DNA from: Laetmonice hystrix
Lineage: Eukaryota
Assembly: GCA_965235115.1 (NCBI GenBank)
Contig: OZ249436.1
Coordinates: forward strand, 13,456,001-13,520,000
Direction of reading: 5' to 3'
Length of the DNA: 64,000 nt
A model generated the notes under the pieces. It made no database searches. It was not told the origin of the DNA and saw only the letters and a list, made by a program, of their open reading frames with translations. The translations under genes were made by a program, and so were the position numbers. Positions 38,501 through 48,900 of the stretch are shown piece by piece; position 1 is the stretch's first letter; each line of letters starts with the position of its first letter.

Positions 38501-38944
38501 CCCGTGTGTTTTATGAGCAATCTCATTCTGGGATTCTTACCGACCACGTCAATGTGGCCTCAATGCCGGCCCATGGAAGTCGCCATCTTGGACTGGGCAT
38601 GGTCACTCATCAAGACACTCCCTGAACTTAGTTATATGGCAACTCAAGACAAAACCCATTGCAAAGATAGCGTGGAAAGCAACAAATAAATGTCATTCAT
38701 TGTCCGACAGTTGTCAGGCGATCTTATTTCGGTGCTTACCCTCGGATGAGGTTACATTTTGGTGGGAAGAAGGCACGAATGCTTTCGCGTAAGGATTCTG
38801 ACCAGGAATGAATGGAGCAGCATTCACATTCAGGCCCGACAGTGACATCGTTGCTGCGGTGACGCCGACTTGATCGCCAGAACTGCCATCATCCTGCTCG
38901 TCCCAAGATTCTGGTGGAGTATTACTATTATCTTGTACGTCCAT
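20556..38944 (-). CDS. GSPT1: Eukaryotic peptide chain release factor GTP-binding subunit eRF3, 15 coding exons
   Basis: Exons 38944-38740, 35269-35210, 33823-33794, 33507-33286, 32944-32911, 32524-32447, 31875-31695, 31473-31319, 31163-30926, 30793-30713, 30305-30204, 29759-29688, 21305-21216, 21019-20848, 20599-20556. Tandem PAM2 motifs ([21 protein letters not shown]), G1 [27 protein letters not shown]-terminal [17 protein letters not shown]. Confidence 0.97.
21584..21655 (-). ncRNA. SNORD1: Box C/D snoRNA, SNORD1/snR38 family (divergent copy 1)
   Basis: Minus strand: tgttgtca-ATGATGT(C)-taa-AGTTATCCCTGT-CTGA(D')...GTGGA(C')...CTGA(D)-gataaca. Terminal stem present; guide complementary to 28S ACAGGGAUAACU. 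Confidence 0.88.
22100..22175 (-). ncRNA. SNORD1: Box C/D snoRNA, SNORD1/snR38 family (divergent copy 2)
   Basis: gtgttaccg-GTGATGC-taca-AGTTATCCCTGT-CTGA...GTGGA...CTGA-gataacac. Confidence 0.85.
22579..22655 (-). ncRNA. SNORD1: SNORD1/snR38-family snoRNA, array type A1
   Basis: tgttgtca-ATGATGT-ctca-AGTTATCCCTGT-CTGA-acaatcagaaat-GTGGA-cagaaagcttatct-CTGA-gatgaca. Confidence 0.85.
23171..23251 (-). ncRNA. SNORD1: SNORD1/snR38-family snoRNA, array type B1
   Basis: gtgttgtca-GTGATGC-taca-AGTTATCCCTGT-CTGA...GTGGA...CTGA-gataacac. Confidence 0.85.
23491..23567 (-). ncRNA. SNORD1: SNORD1/snR38-family snoRNA, type A2
   Basis: Same sequence as A1. Confidence 0.85.
24084..24161 (-). ncRNA. SNORD1: SNORD1/snR38-family snoRNA, type B2
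   Basis: B-type with C, D' and D boxes and guide intact; the putative C' GTGGA is changed to GTTGA. Confidence 0.8.
24401..24477 (-). ncRNA. SNORD1: SNORD1/snR38-family snoRNA, type A3
   Basis: Same sequence as A1. Confidence 0.85.
24993..25070 (-). ncRNA. SNORD1: SNORD1/snR38-family snoRNA, type B3
   Basis: B-type, boxes and guide intact. Confidence 0.85.
25312..25388 (-). ncRNA. SNORD1: SNORD1/snR38-family snoRNA, type A4
   Basis: Same sequence as A1. Confidence 0.85.
25905..25985 (-). ncRNA. SNORD1: SNORD1/snR38-family snoRNA, type B4
   Basis: B-type, boxes and guide intact. Confidence 0.85.
26227..26303 (-). ncRNA. SNORD1: SNORD1/snR38-family snoRNA, type A5
   Basis: Same sequence as A1. 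Confidence 0.85.
26860..26939 (-). pseudogene. SNORD1: SNORD1/snR38-family copy B5 with broken box D
   Basis: Plus strand reads tgttatctcgatgag instead of tgttatctcagatgag. A 1-nt deletion converts box D CTGA to CGA (real mutation or sequencing error). Confidence 0.7.
27181..27257 (-). ncRNA. SNORD1: SNORD1/snR38-family snoRNA, type A6
   Basis: Same sequence as A1. Confidence 0.85.
27513..27942. mobile_element. Non-autonomous DNA transposon (MITE) inserted in the snoRNA array
   Basis: TIR CAGAGTATGTGAA / TTCACATACTCTG and 6-bp TSD GTCTAT. The empty site is visible in the other units. Confidence 0.9.
28210..28296 (-). ncRNA. SNORD1: SNORD1/snR38-family snoRNA, type B6
   Basis: B-type with a longer, hybrid segment upstream of box D; boxes and guide intact. 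Confidence 0.82.
28538..28614 (-). ncRNA. SNORD1: SNORD1/snR38-family snoRNA, type A7
   Basis: Same sequence as A1. Confidence 0.85.
29144..29222 (-). ncRNA. SNORD1: SNORD1/snR38-family snoRNA (divergent copy C)
   Basis: tgttacct-ATGATGC-ccaa-AGTTATCCCTGT-CTGA...GTGGA...CTGA-ggtgaca. Terminal stem keeps pairing despite a different sequence. Confidence 0.88.
30441..30518 (-). ncRNA. SNORD1: SNORD1/snR38-family snoRNA, B-type copy in eRF3 intron 10
   Basis: Matches B3. The flanks (~30375-30558) are also homologous to the array unit. Confidence 0.88.
32134..32308. mobile_element. Tc1/mariner-pogo type MITE
   Basis: TIR CAGTCAGACCTCGTT(T/A)ATCCG flanked by TA on both sides. Confidence 0.85.
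34822..34942. repeat. ~120-bp long hairpin, probably part of a repeat element
   Basis: AAGGGTTTAAACATGATTTTCAGTGTATGGCCCCAGATCACAGC ... GCTGTGATCTGGGGTCACACACTGAAAATCACGTTTAAACCCTT. Confidence 0.85.
35418..36652. mobile_element. TIR element with a nested MITE (36371-36519)
   Basis: Outer arms AACAAAAAA...TTTGTTTCCGGTTT / AAACCGGAAACAAA...TTTTTTGTT. Inner TIR CAGGCCTCGAATTA / TAATTCGAGGCCTG. Confidence 0.6.
37942..38097. mobile_element. Harbinger-like MITE
   Basis: Ends CAGGGCCCAGTTTCAC / GTAAAACGGGGCCCTG with further internal inverted similarity. Confidence 0.6.
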
Positions 38945-39916
38945 GTTACTCTACACTGCGAGAAAACCGGCTGCAATCGTTCCGATTTTCCAGATGGACG
39001 TACAACCGCGTGTGAGCAGTACCATGTGACGTCACGCTCGCACTCACAATCTAGACATGGCGAGAACTGAACAATTATTTTAGAAATGTTTTCTAGTTAA
39101 AATGTGGCGTTATTCAACGTTATATGATATGGTTTTTTTCAATCAAATAAAAAGACAGAGTTATATATTTGAAGGATAATTTTGAAAACCCATCTTTCGC
39201 CATCGAGCTCAAATAAAAAGAGAAATGCAGGTACTGCATCTGGAATAGTCTCCCTCTTGAGACTTCCTCCCCCCTCCCCCCGTCAGAACTAAGACCCTAA
39301 AATAAAACTAAAAATAAGCCAAAACTTGAATGATGCACTACTTGAGACGGCAGTACTAGGCCTAGATCTAGTAGAACCGTTAGTCTACTGTAAATACTGT
39401 AGACTTGCATATCTTGGACCAAGACTTGGAAGCTTGGTCTGGCGTTTTGACCAAATTTTTTAAACATCTACCTCTCTATATTTTTTTAATTTGAGTTGAC
39501 CATTTCACGTTTTGATTAAAGGTTTACGTCATGATTAAAACGTCGTTTACGGATCGCAATCGACCTCTACATGTCATATTAAGGATTAAGGGGGGTCCAC
39601 GAAGGTCCTTTGAGGCTTTTCCCAAATGTCTCCATCGTATGATCGTTTGTCGGCTAGGCTCTTATATAATGATAATAGTCTAATCACTTTTATTTCGCCA
39701 GTTTCGGCCAAATCCGCGCCCTTGCATCGCATGGTCGTCAACCTTGAAGAAATGCCAACTTTCGGAAACGTCTTCCAAGTTTGTTTCAAGATTTTTTTCA
39801 GTAGGGCTTTTTTTAGCAACGTCCATGCTGGGTTCATTCTTTCTTTCTCTCGCCCTCGTTTTCGTTCCAGTGGCTTTAACGTTACACATTTACTATTTTG
39901 ATATTTCTTGAGAAAC
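38945..39916. promoter_or_regulatory. Bidirectional promoter region GSPT1/LUC7L3
   Basis: Divergent start codons ~970 bp apart; perfect CRE palindrome GTGACGTCAC at 39026-39035; YY1-like AAACATGGCGGC over the LUC7L3 ATG. Confidence 0.6.
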
Positions 39917-42900
39917 ATGGCGGCGGCAGCGGCAGCGCAGTTGTTGGATGAATTAATGGGGCGAGATCGTAATCTTGCTCCTACAGACAAACGAAGAGAA
40001 GTTAGATGGGACGATCCAGAGGTAAAGTATAGCGTGTTAATAATATATGTGAAAGGATGGTCGTTCTGTGGTATATTTTGGTAGAAGTCCATTCTTCCGC
40101 CATGCAAATGAAGGCAGTGCCACTGCCCTGCCCCTGGCTGCTAAGTGAGTCAGTGAGTGTCTTGCCAGTGAGTGACATGTCGACGGGCATGTCTGGCTCT
40201 GGCGTTCGTTCGGTTACACGACCCGCGTGTCTACTCGATCCGGCTTCTGTCCATCCCCTGCCAGGTCTTTTTCATAGGCGGACCCAGGATTTTCCAAGAC
40301 TAAACTAAAGAATGTGTTCAAATTAGCTATGCCCGCCCAGGAAAGTTTTATTTTTTTTTTCTAGGTCTAACGTTAGGCTAGGGCTAGGCCTTAACCTTCA
40401 TACTAGTCATAGAATACAAGGCGTATGAGCCCGACGCGATTGAGCCCGCCAGGCTTAAACCCAGCGAGGGTCCCGTCAAAGCAGAGGGTGGCGGCGCCCA
40501 GGTGTAGGTCCGCCTAGGCCTATCCCGCTCTCTACCGGCCGAGGCCCCCTACAAACCCCCGGCCGAACCGACCGGTGACGTGATGCACTCTATCTCGCCC
40601 CCAATTTTACACCCTGCCATAATCATGATTCATATGAACAGATACTACTGCTTCCAAGGAGAAATCAACCGTAATAGACACCTACATTTTTATGGCAGAA
40701 AATTTCAGTGTGAAGGCCATGACACTGTGAGCACCACCTAGCAAGCTCCGGGACGGCATGCCTAGTTTCAGATTTCCATAGTTATTGATAATGTTGTAAT
40801 AATGATATGGGTGTGTGCCAAGACAAGTCAGGTCAAAGAATAAGTATCGGAGAAAGCGTGAGCGCCGGGGGTTACCAGGAGTGACGGGTCACTTAGCAAT
40901 TGTCATCTTGGTGATATTGTTGCACCACAGTCATTGGTCACAGTAGACTTTGGCAGCTTTTATTAACAGATTGGTTCTAAATCTACAGTCTGGCAGGCTG
41001 TGTTTTTCACCATTTTCACTTCGGGCAAGCAGACCTAAACGGCATTGATTGGCCGTTACGTTTCTAACAGGCGATTTCACGTGAATCGTATGTAGAATCA
41101 AACGGAAAAGTCGCTAAATGTTTGGAATTTGTTTATAGAAGTGGCAGATAAGGAAGCGAATTTTGATGCAGTGCAATTTAAGCCAATCAGATTGCTCCCA
41201 TTTTCCGGCTCCGGAATAGTGGCCCATTCTCCATGGATTTCTGAGTTCGGTTCATCCAACTTTCTCGATTCCTTGCAGTGTTCGTTCTTAACGCCGGTCC
41301 GTCTGCCGTTGGCCGACAATTCTCATCTTGGGCTGACGATTTTCAACCAAAACAAGGGTCAGTCGGCCTGGTGGGCCGACAGCCAGGACGGGTACTGGCT
41401 AGCCAGTCACCCCCCCATCATGACCATCTTACTGAGCACTCTTACTGCATGACCATCTTACTGATGAATGCCTATCCTTAAAAATCTCCCTCCCCCCATT
41501 ACATAAATCCTGCATTCATGCCTGCCAGGGCGTTCAATATGGTCAATAATGCCACGACAGGTAAAAGCCAGGTGCGGATCCAGGACGGGCGTGGGGGCTC
41601 ACGCCCCCCCCCCCCCCTTTAAAAAAAATAGTTGAAAAAAAACCAGTTTACTTTATTTTTGGATAAAATATAACAAATTGCAGGAAAATGCATCTAAAAT
41701 TTCAAAAGTTTCTGGAGACAAGCCCCTACACCTCTCTAGAGGGGCGCGCACGTGCAGTGCGTGCACTGCTAGTTTACCATTCAAACACCATGCCCCCCTC
41801 CTTTCCAAAATCCTGGATCCGCCCCTGAAAGCTACTATTCCAAGGTGACTTGGTGACTTGTGAATGATCAGGGCTGACAAAAGTTCAGCAGGGCCGACAG
41901 ATTCTGGGGTCAATCAGCCCGGATGGCTGACAGCTGGACGAACACTGCCTTGGGCAAAGAACTCACTGTGCTTGCTATGACTAGAATAAAGTAGATTAGT
42001 ATAGGGGATGTGCTCACAAGTAAACAGCTTTTTTTGATCAAATAAAGCGTCTATTTGTCTTAGACTTAAAGTGACAGTCTCGTCCGTTAGACCATACTCA
42101 CAACCACTTATTTCATAACTACGACCATGCTATGCTGTAGGATAGGAACTGATGTCTATAAATAGCACATCGACCATTAGGATGGCCAGCCTATCGAGAC
42201 TGTCGCTTTTAAGCTGCACTGCAAGTAACTTCGAAAATAAAACACTTAAAGTCTACCTGTCACCGATAGCAACCCATTGACTAATATGAAGACACAATGT
42301 TGCTGTAGTACTGCAGCAGGGCTTCAGATAAGGTGCGTATTTACGCACTGAAGTGGTGGAAATACGCAGTAATTTTGAAGACCCTATCGTCAAAAACGCT
42401 TCACTATTGGGTAATAAAAGCTTTTCATACGCCGAGTCCTTCTGCACTGAGCGTCAAATATGGTTGGGAGGGGGCTTCTAATGGTCTGCAGTGGTCAGCA
42501 AGCACTGGCTGGGTGCCAACAGCTGGACACGTTGGCACCTAGCCAGTAGGGTGCCAACTGGACAATACTATAAGTTGTCAGTTTCAGTCGTTCCCACTCC
42601 CAGCATTAGCAAACACATGCAGTTCAGTTGAAAGTTGGAAGTCAAATACGCAACACTTGTTGAGGATGGGTACTACAATACGCAACCTGAAAAAAGAGGA
42701 GGAGTCAAAAACTCCCCACCTTAAAATATTATCTGAAGCCCTGCTGCAGTATGATGATCTTTGTTAACTAGGATTCGGGCTGAAGGTAAAACGGTAAACA
42801 TGATAATAGCTTGAGTTTGTATCTCCGAAAGTGGCACTGCAAATGACGTAGAACAACATCCCTAATATTCCCAAGTTCTGGGGAATCCTATGCTAACTTA

Positions 42901-45900
42901 TGGCTCATTATGTTGACAGTAAACTTGCCATGCAACAACCCTGTAGCTACAGTGTTTTGAGAGTGGTATGCTAGCCCGATGGCTGGTGCTCCAACCCAAC
43001 ATAGACTTAATAACAAGTATAGAGGGCATATGGATGTCAGAGTCGGGCAAGTGGAATTTTGTAGTCCACTTGTCCTGTGACAAGTGATCAATTTGAAAAA
43101 TTGGCCACCCCTGTGAGGGGGGGGGGGGCGGGTTGTATATCACCCTCCATAGAATTCCACCTGAATATGAAAAAAATGGACTCTTAAATTGTAATTAGTA
43201 GATCTACTAGCTAGAGGTATTTCAACCCGTATCATGGTTATTGAAGATGGTGCAAATATAGCAAACACATGATCTGGTCTGTTTCACAGTGGGTATCCCT
43301 TTGTTTTTTCCAGACATGTAAATATTTTCTTTGTGGATTTTGTCCTCATGAACTTTTCGTCAACACAAGAGCTGACCTTGGTAAGTATCTGTCATAGAGT
43401 TGTGACACAAATTACATCATATCTATGACTTTATAAAAGTGGCCCAAGTTGCAGTATTTTTAGTGCCCAACCTGAAGGGGTGGAGGCTTCTAATTTACCC
43501 TCCGAGGTTTACACGTACATGTATGTCCATAGACAGTGATTGTATGGATCAAATTATATGAAACTCATAAGAACCATATGAGGGACAATGTACGGTATAT
43601 ATGTATTCTCTGTATATATGTATTTTTTGCCATTTGGTTTCTGTTAGGTCCTTGTGACAAGATCCATGATGATGAGCTGAAAAAAAGGTAGGTGCTGCTT
43701 ACAAGGATAGGTTTCAATAAAATCATGACTGGCAAAAGTTGTTAAAATTTGGTGAATGGTCAAATCATAGTTATTTATCATGGCAGTTTGTTGGGGAAAG
43801 TTCATCTTTATTCATCTTAACATTTAGCAGGTATAAAATTATTTACACACTAGTATAATTTACAGATATACGAAGGGCTAATATTGAGAACCCGGTGTTC
43901 CTTTCAGTTACCAGAGAAGTTCCCGAGTGGAACGTATGGGTTACGAGGAGGAGTTCATGCGTTTCTTACAGAGCCTCTTGGCCGATGTAGAACGGCGCAT
44001 AAAACGTGGCCATGCTCGCCTTTCCCTGAACAATACACAGGGTGGGGTAAGTACAAAATCCAGTTAGATCCTGTAAACTGTAAAGGGAGTAGGGAAGTTA
44101 GGAGATAACCAGTGATAGGTGTAGTATATTCAGTAAGCTACATGCTGGCCTTCTTTGAAATTTTTGACAAGAATTGATGGCATCATTCAGAGCCAAGATA
44201 AAGCCAAGCCAAATATTCAAAGGATACTTGTGGGTAATGAGATTCCATATAGCAAGGAAAGTCGGGGAAATTCTTTTAAAGGAAATTTTGTTGCTAGTTA
44301 TAATTGTAAATTGATGCATAGTCTGTGTCATTGACAATGAAAAAGGGGTACATAAATGTGGCCAATGTCTTCCTTTCAACCCTTAATTTTATCTCCAGTT
44401 ATAGGTTTCAATGCCTTTCTTTAAAAGTCTTGAGACACATGAGCTGACTTAGGAAATATTTCCACAAAGTGATCTTGAGTAAATTGTATTTTCAGTTGTC
44501 GGGGGGACCTGCAGCCAACAGGGAGGAGCAGATTGAGTTCCTTACCAAGCGTATCAACGATCTGGTGGAAGAGGTATGGAGTATACATTTCCATAATGAT
44601 AGATCTTCATCTTCTTATGTCTAGTGTAGATTCTTGATATTTTAGCTTTTTTAATTTTTTATGAAGATTATCAGTGAGAGCAGTGACTTATAGAACAAGT
44701 AGTTAACCCTGGCGGATGGGTTTTATTGTTGACAGGCAGAAGAGCTGGGATGTGAAGGCAAGGTGGAAGAAGCCCAGGGAGTGATGCGACTTTGTGAACA
44801 GTTACGGGAAGAACGTACAAGTTTGGAGCATGTAAGTAAAGCACCTCTTACATAGAAGAAAACGGAGGACATTTTTATTGTTAATATAATATGTTCACTG
44901 AGAGAGCAATCATTTCACCTGTTCAAATGAAAATCATTGTATTCCTTCATATGTGATTTGACGGTACATATTTATGGATCTGTTAAATGCAGGCTGACAA
45001 AAAAGGAAAAGGCCGTGATGAAGAAATAGCAAAGAAAATGGAAGTTTGTGATGTGTGTGGGGCGTTGTTGGTTGCTGGTGATGCCCAGCAGAGGATAGAT
45101 GAACATATAATGGGCAAGCAACACATGGGCTATGCACGCATACGGGCCTACATAGAACAGAGACAGGTTTGTATAAATACATCTTTAGAAAATTACAGAA
45201 TGTGCAGAAAACAAGCTCAGTCATTATTCAGTCTATCTGTTGAATATTGGCTCAATTAGGTTTTCATGGTTTCAAAAAGAATTGTACAGGTTTTCTATCA
45301 GAATCCGCTTTAAAAAAATATTGTTTGTAATACAGAATTGCACTTGTGTTTATGTGCTGTTTTGCATTTACACCCACCCCTGATGCATTTTTACCCAAGT
45401 TTCCAAAGTAAGATTCAGCGTTAACTCCAACCATTGGTGCCATAGAGCACATTGCTCAGTATTTGGTTTTTGTGAATAGTGCTAACCCAGAATTGAAGCC
45501 TTGCATTCTATGACCACCAAGCATCATTCTACCACATCTTCCCTAATGCTTCAGTTTTGTACGAATCCTCTGTCAGAGAGCTCACACAAGTCTTGGCCCG
45601 TTGCCACATTTAAGTGCAGCCTAGTCCTAGATTAAATAGATTGCTTATCAAATGGTTCCTTCTGAACAGAGTTGGAGTACAAAGTACCCCAGTAATAGGG
45701 TACCATATTGAAGAATGTTACATAAGTTGCAAAAACACCTCGGATCATAATACACTGAGTCCTAAGACAGCCCCAACTTAGGTGTATTACTAATGAAGGC
45801 ATCTAAACTAAAAAATAATGCCATACCCAGTAGCGAAATTTTCATTCTCTATTAACCTGGTTAGTTAGTTTTCACAGATACTGACAACAAAGCGTGGGTT

Positions 45901-48900
45901 TAATTCTGTGTACACGTTTAAAAGTTTTTAGGTCATAATGTCCGACGTTAGCCATTGTTACTCTGGCTGACAATGGACAGTTATCACAGGAGCAGTGTCA
46001 CAGTACAGTTAGGTCAGACTCTGTGCATCCATGGGCAACGGCCTAAAACTAAAACTAAAGCAAAGTTATATACTGACCCAAGACAATTGACATGTTTTAA
46101 CAAAATCAGTTTAGTTTTTTAAAAAAGAAACGTCCACCGCCAGTGTGTACAGGCCAGGCACACAGGCCGTGATATTCTAAGCAATTTAAAAAAGATTTGA
46201 ACACAATTGGTGCTCAAATAGTTAAGATATTTATAAGCACTTTAGTGCCAGAGCCTGCTTAGAACGTACTCCGCTGCTGGTGGCTGCCATAGCGTCTGCT
46301 CCTTGAAAAACTGACGCACAGTCTGTTGCGTTGAGCGATTCGAAAGGCAGCGTTAACGTTGACAGCTTATAAGCAAAAGTTGTTATAACATAGACGAAAA
46401 CCATCGATCATAGTGATGAAGAATGGCTAGGAATTAAGCCTACCGATGTCAGGGGATATATCAGGGTGGACACGGATCTGGGCAAGCTCCAGCCGTGGGT
46501 TTCGGCCGCCTGAATTCAATTCGTCCCGCTCGGAGATGCGATGTTGACAGAGGTCCACTGCCACTGGGCCGGGGGGCCGGGCCCTGACTCTGACCCGTCA
46601 CTGCGGGCGGGTGCTGCAGGGTTCGCAGACTCCTGGAAACTCCTGGAAAGTCCTGGAAAATCAAAAATCCGTTTTCCAGTACTGGAAAGTCCTGGAAAAC
46701 CAGTCAGACTCCTGGAAACTCCTGGAAAAATCATAAAATGCTTTGGAACAACATAATGCTTGGGTTCAGTTTTGCTCTTTATTGCATTTAAAAATCACTG
46801 AAAGGTAATAAGTATTAGAACTTAAGTCCTGGAAAACTGCGATTTTATCCTGGAAAACTCCTGGAAAACTCCTGGAATTTTGGTTTCCTCTAACTCTACG
46901 AACCATGTGCTGGCAGTGTCAGACTCCTGTGGTCAGTTCAGCACAGACCTGTTGCGTTTAGTTGTGACTGTGGGACTGACCCCCATTGAGTTGCCGACCC
47001 GCCTCAGCTGCCTTTACTTTAGTCTAGTCTTGCCTAGCCCCGGGATGCAATAGATGGGCCCTGGAACGGTTGTCATGTTCAATATATGACTTCTTGGAAT
47101 AGGGGGACATTTATTTCCAACCACTACTCTGAAAGGTGAGTGTATATAGAGGCCTTGCAGCTGTCCAAATGTGATTTTGGACTGGACTTCTCCTTTAAGA
47201 CAGCATCTTGGCACAAATTAGGTAAGCTAGGCTAAATAAGCTAAAGCTTTTAAAGCAGCTGTGAAGAATCAGGGCCAGAAGATTGTCTCCATTTGCTTAA
47301 CTCTGTCCAAATTTGAGCATCTCTGGTGGCTCCATGGAACCTTGGAAAGTTTGAAATACATGTTGTATAATAAAATGGGTGGATGTGGCAAAAAGATGTA
47401 TACCCTCTTGATCTTTGCAGGGTTTCCTGGAGGAGTTCACCCTTTTTTTTTTGGGGGGGGGGGGTGCTAGGGTTGAGCATTTTGAAAGAATAAAGTCAGA
47501 AAACTTTGTGGGGAGTAACTGATTTTTTTTGGGGGGGGGGAGAGTCTTTCCCCCCCCCCCCAAAAAAAAGGGGCCTGCAGGAAACCCTGCTTTGAGAGAA
47601 AAAAAAGCTGTCCAAAACTGCACAATGGGTGAGTATGGTTGCGTGACTAGTGGTTATGTAGACTACATGGGTAAGAACAGGACCTATTCACGATTGGATC
47701 ATGTCAAATAGGCCATGTTCATGTTACGAAGATAATTTTGTGGCAGAGGTATCCAAGCCAACAAGTATCCCATACAACTTTATTTTACAGAGTAATCCAG
47801 GCACTTCAGCACCTGGAAAACCACCCCAACAAAACGAAAATGGCCAAGAGCAAAAAGTAGGTACTGTGCAGTGAAGAGAGTGTACATTGGTCTTACCGGT
47901 ATTAACCTATTGAGGTGTTTCTTATATCTGCTTCAGTCATGATTTCTTGACAATGAGCAGAAAGGTTTGCGTTTAGCAGCTCCTCAGCTGTGGGTCATGA
48001 TTCAGAGGAATTAAAAGTAGTAAGTTGGTCATGACACATTTAGATATTTGTTGGGAAAGAAGCCTGCATAATATATTGCCTGTAAGAATATTAAAAGTGG
48101 AAAGGAAATATTAATTCAAGGCATTGGTTCTGTGATAGGATGTTAAGCAACTAACTATTTCACAACCCTTGCCCAAGTTTCAGCATGATATAATGGTGTG
48201 TACAGGTAGTTGTAAACTGGACTGGATAATGTGGTACCGGTACCTTTGGCGTTGGTGCTGTAGGAAGTCAACACTATTGTAGATATTTGAAGGGACATTA
48301 TGTCGTACAGTTTCTGCCAACCAAGTAAGGCAGATTGGTGTTGTATGTTCGGGTGCTATTTCTTAACCCCTCACAGGTCTTCTTGTGGGCAAGTGGTTTA
48401 TGTGATCTTTTCACTCTTTTAAGGCCCAGAGAAATTCATGAACTTGAACCCATTTACACTAAGTAGGTCAGTACTTAGCAAATAGGTGAAGCTAGAGCCA
48501 CAGAGGCTGTTTTCAGAAGTACTGGAATTAAATTTGGTACAGATTGTGAATGAAACTCGACATCAACTTCTCAGTTGCCAAATGATTTGGCTGGCATGGC
48601 CAACATGGCAGCTTCAGATGATTGTGGCTCCTGGTACGGGGGGCGGGGTATCCTACAAATAGTGTTCAGTGCAATTGTGCAAAGTTTGGCCGAAAGTACT
48701 TCAGGCAAGTCCAGCTGGATTTTGACAGTAGATGGAAATGAGTTGCTATGACTAGGTCAACAAACCTTTTAGTAATAGCTGTGTAGGTTTGATTCCAAAG
48801 ACCAAAACAAATTTTGATCGACATTTGTGAACTTTGGAGGATTGGTTGATAACGTTTTGGAGAATATAAATAAATCTGGAACATTAAGTCCTTTTGCCTT

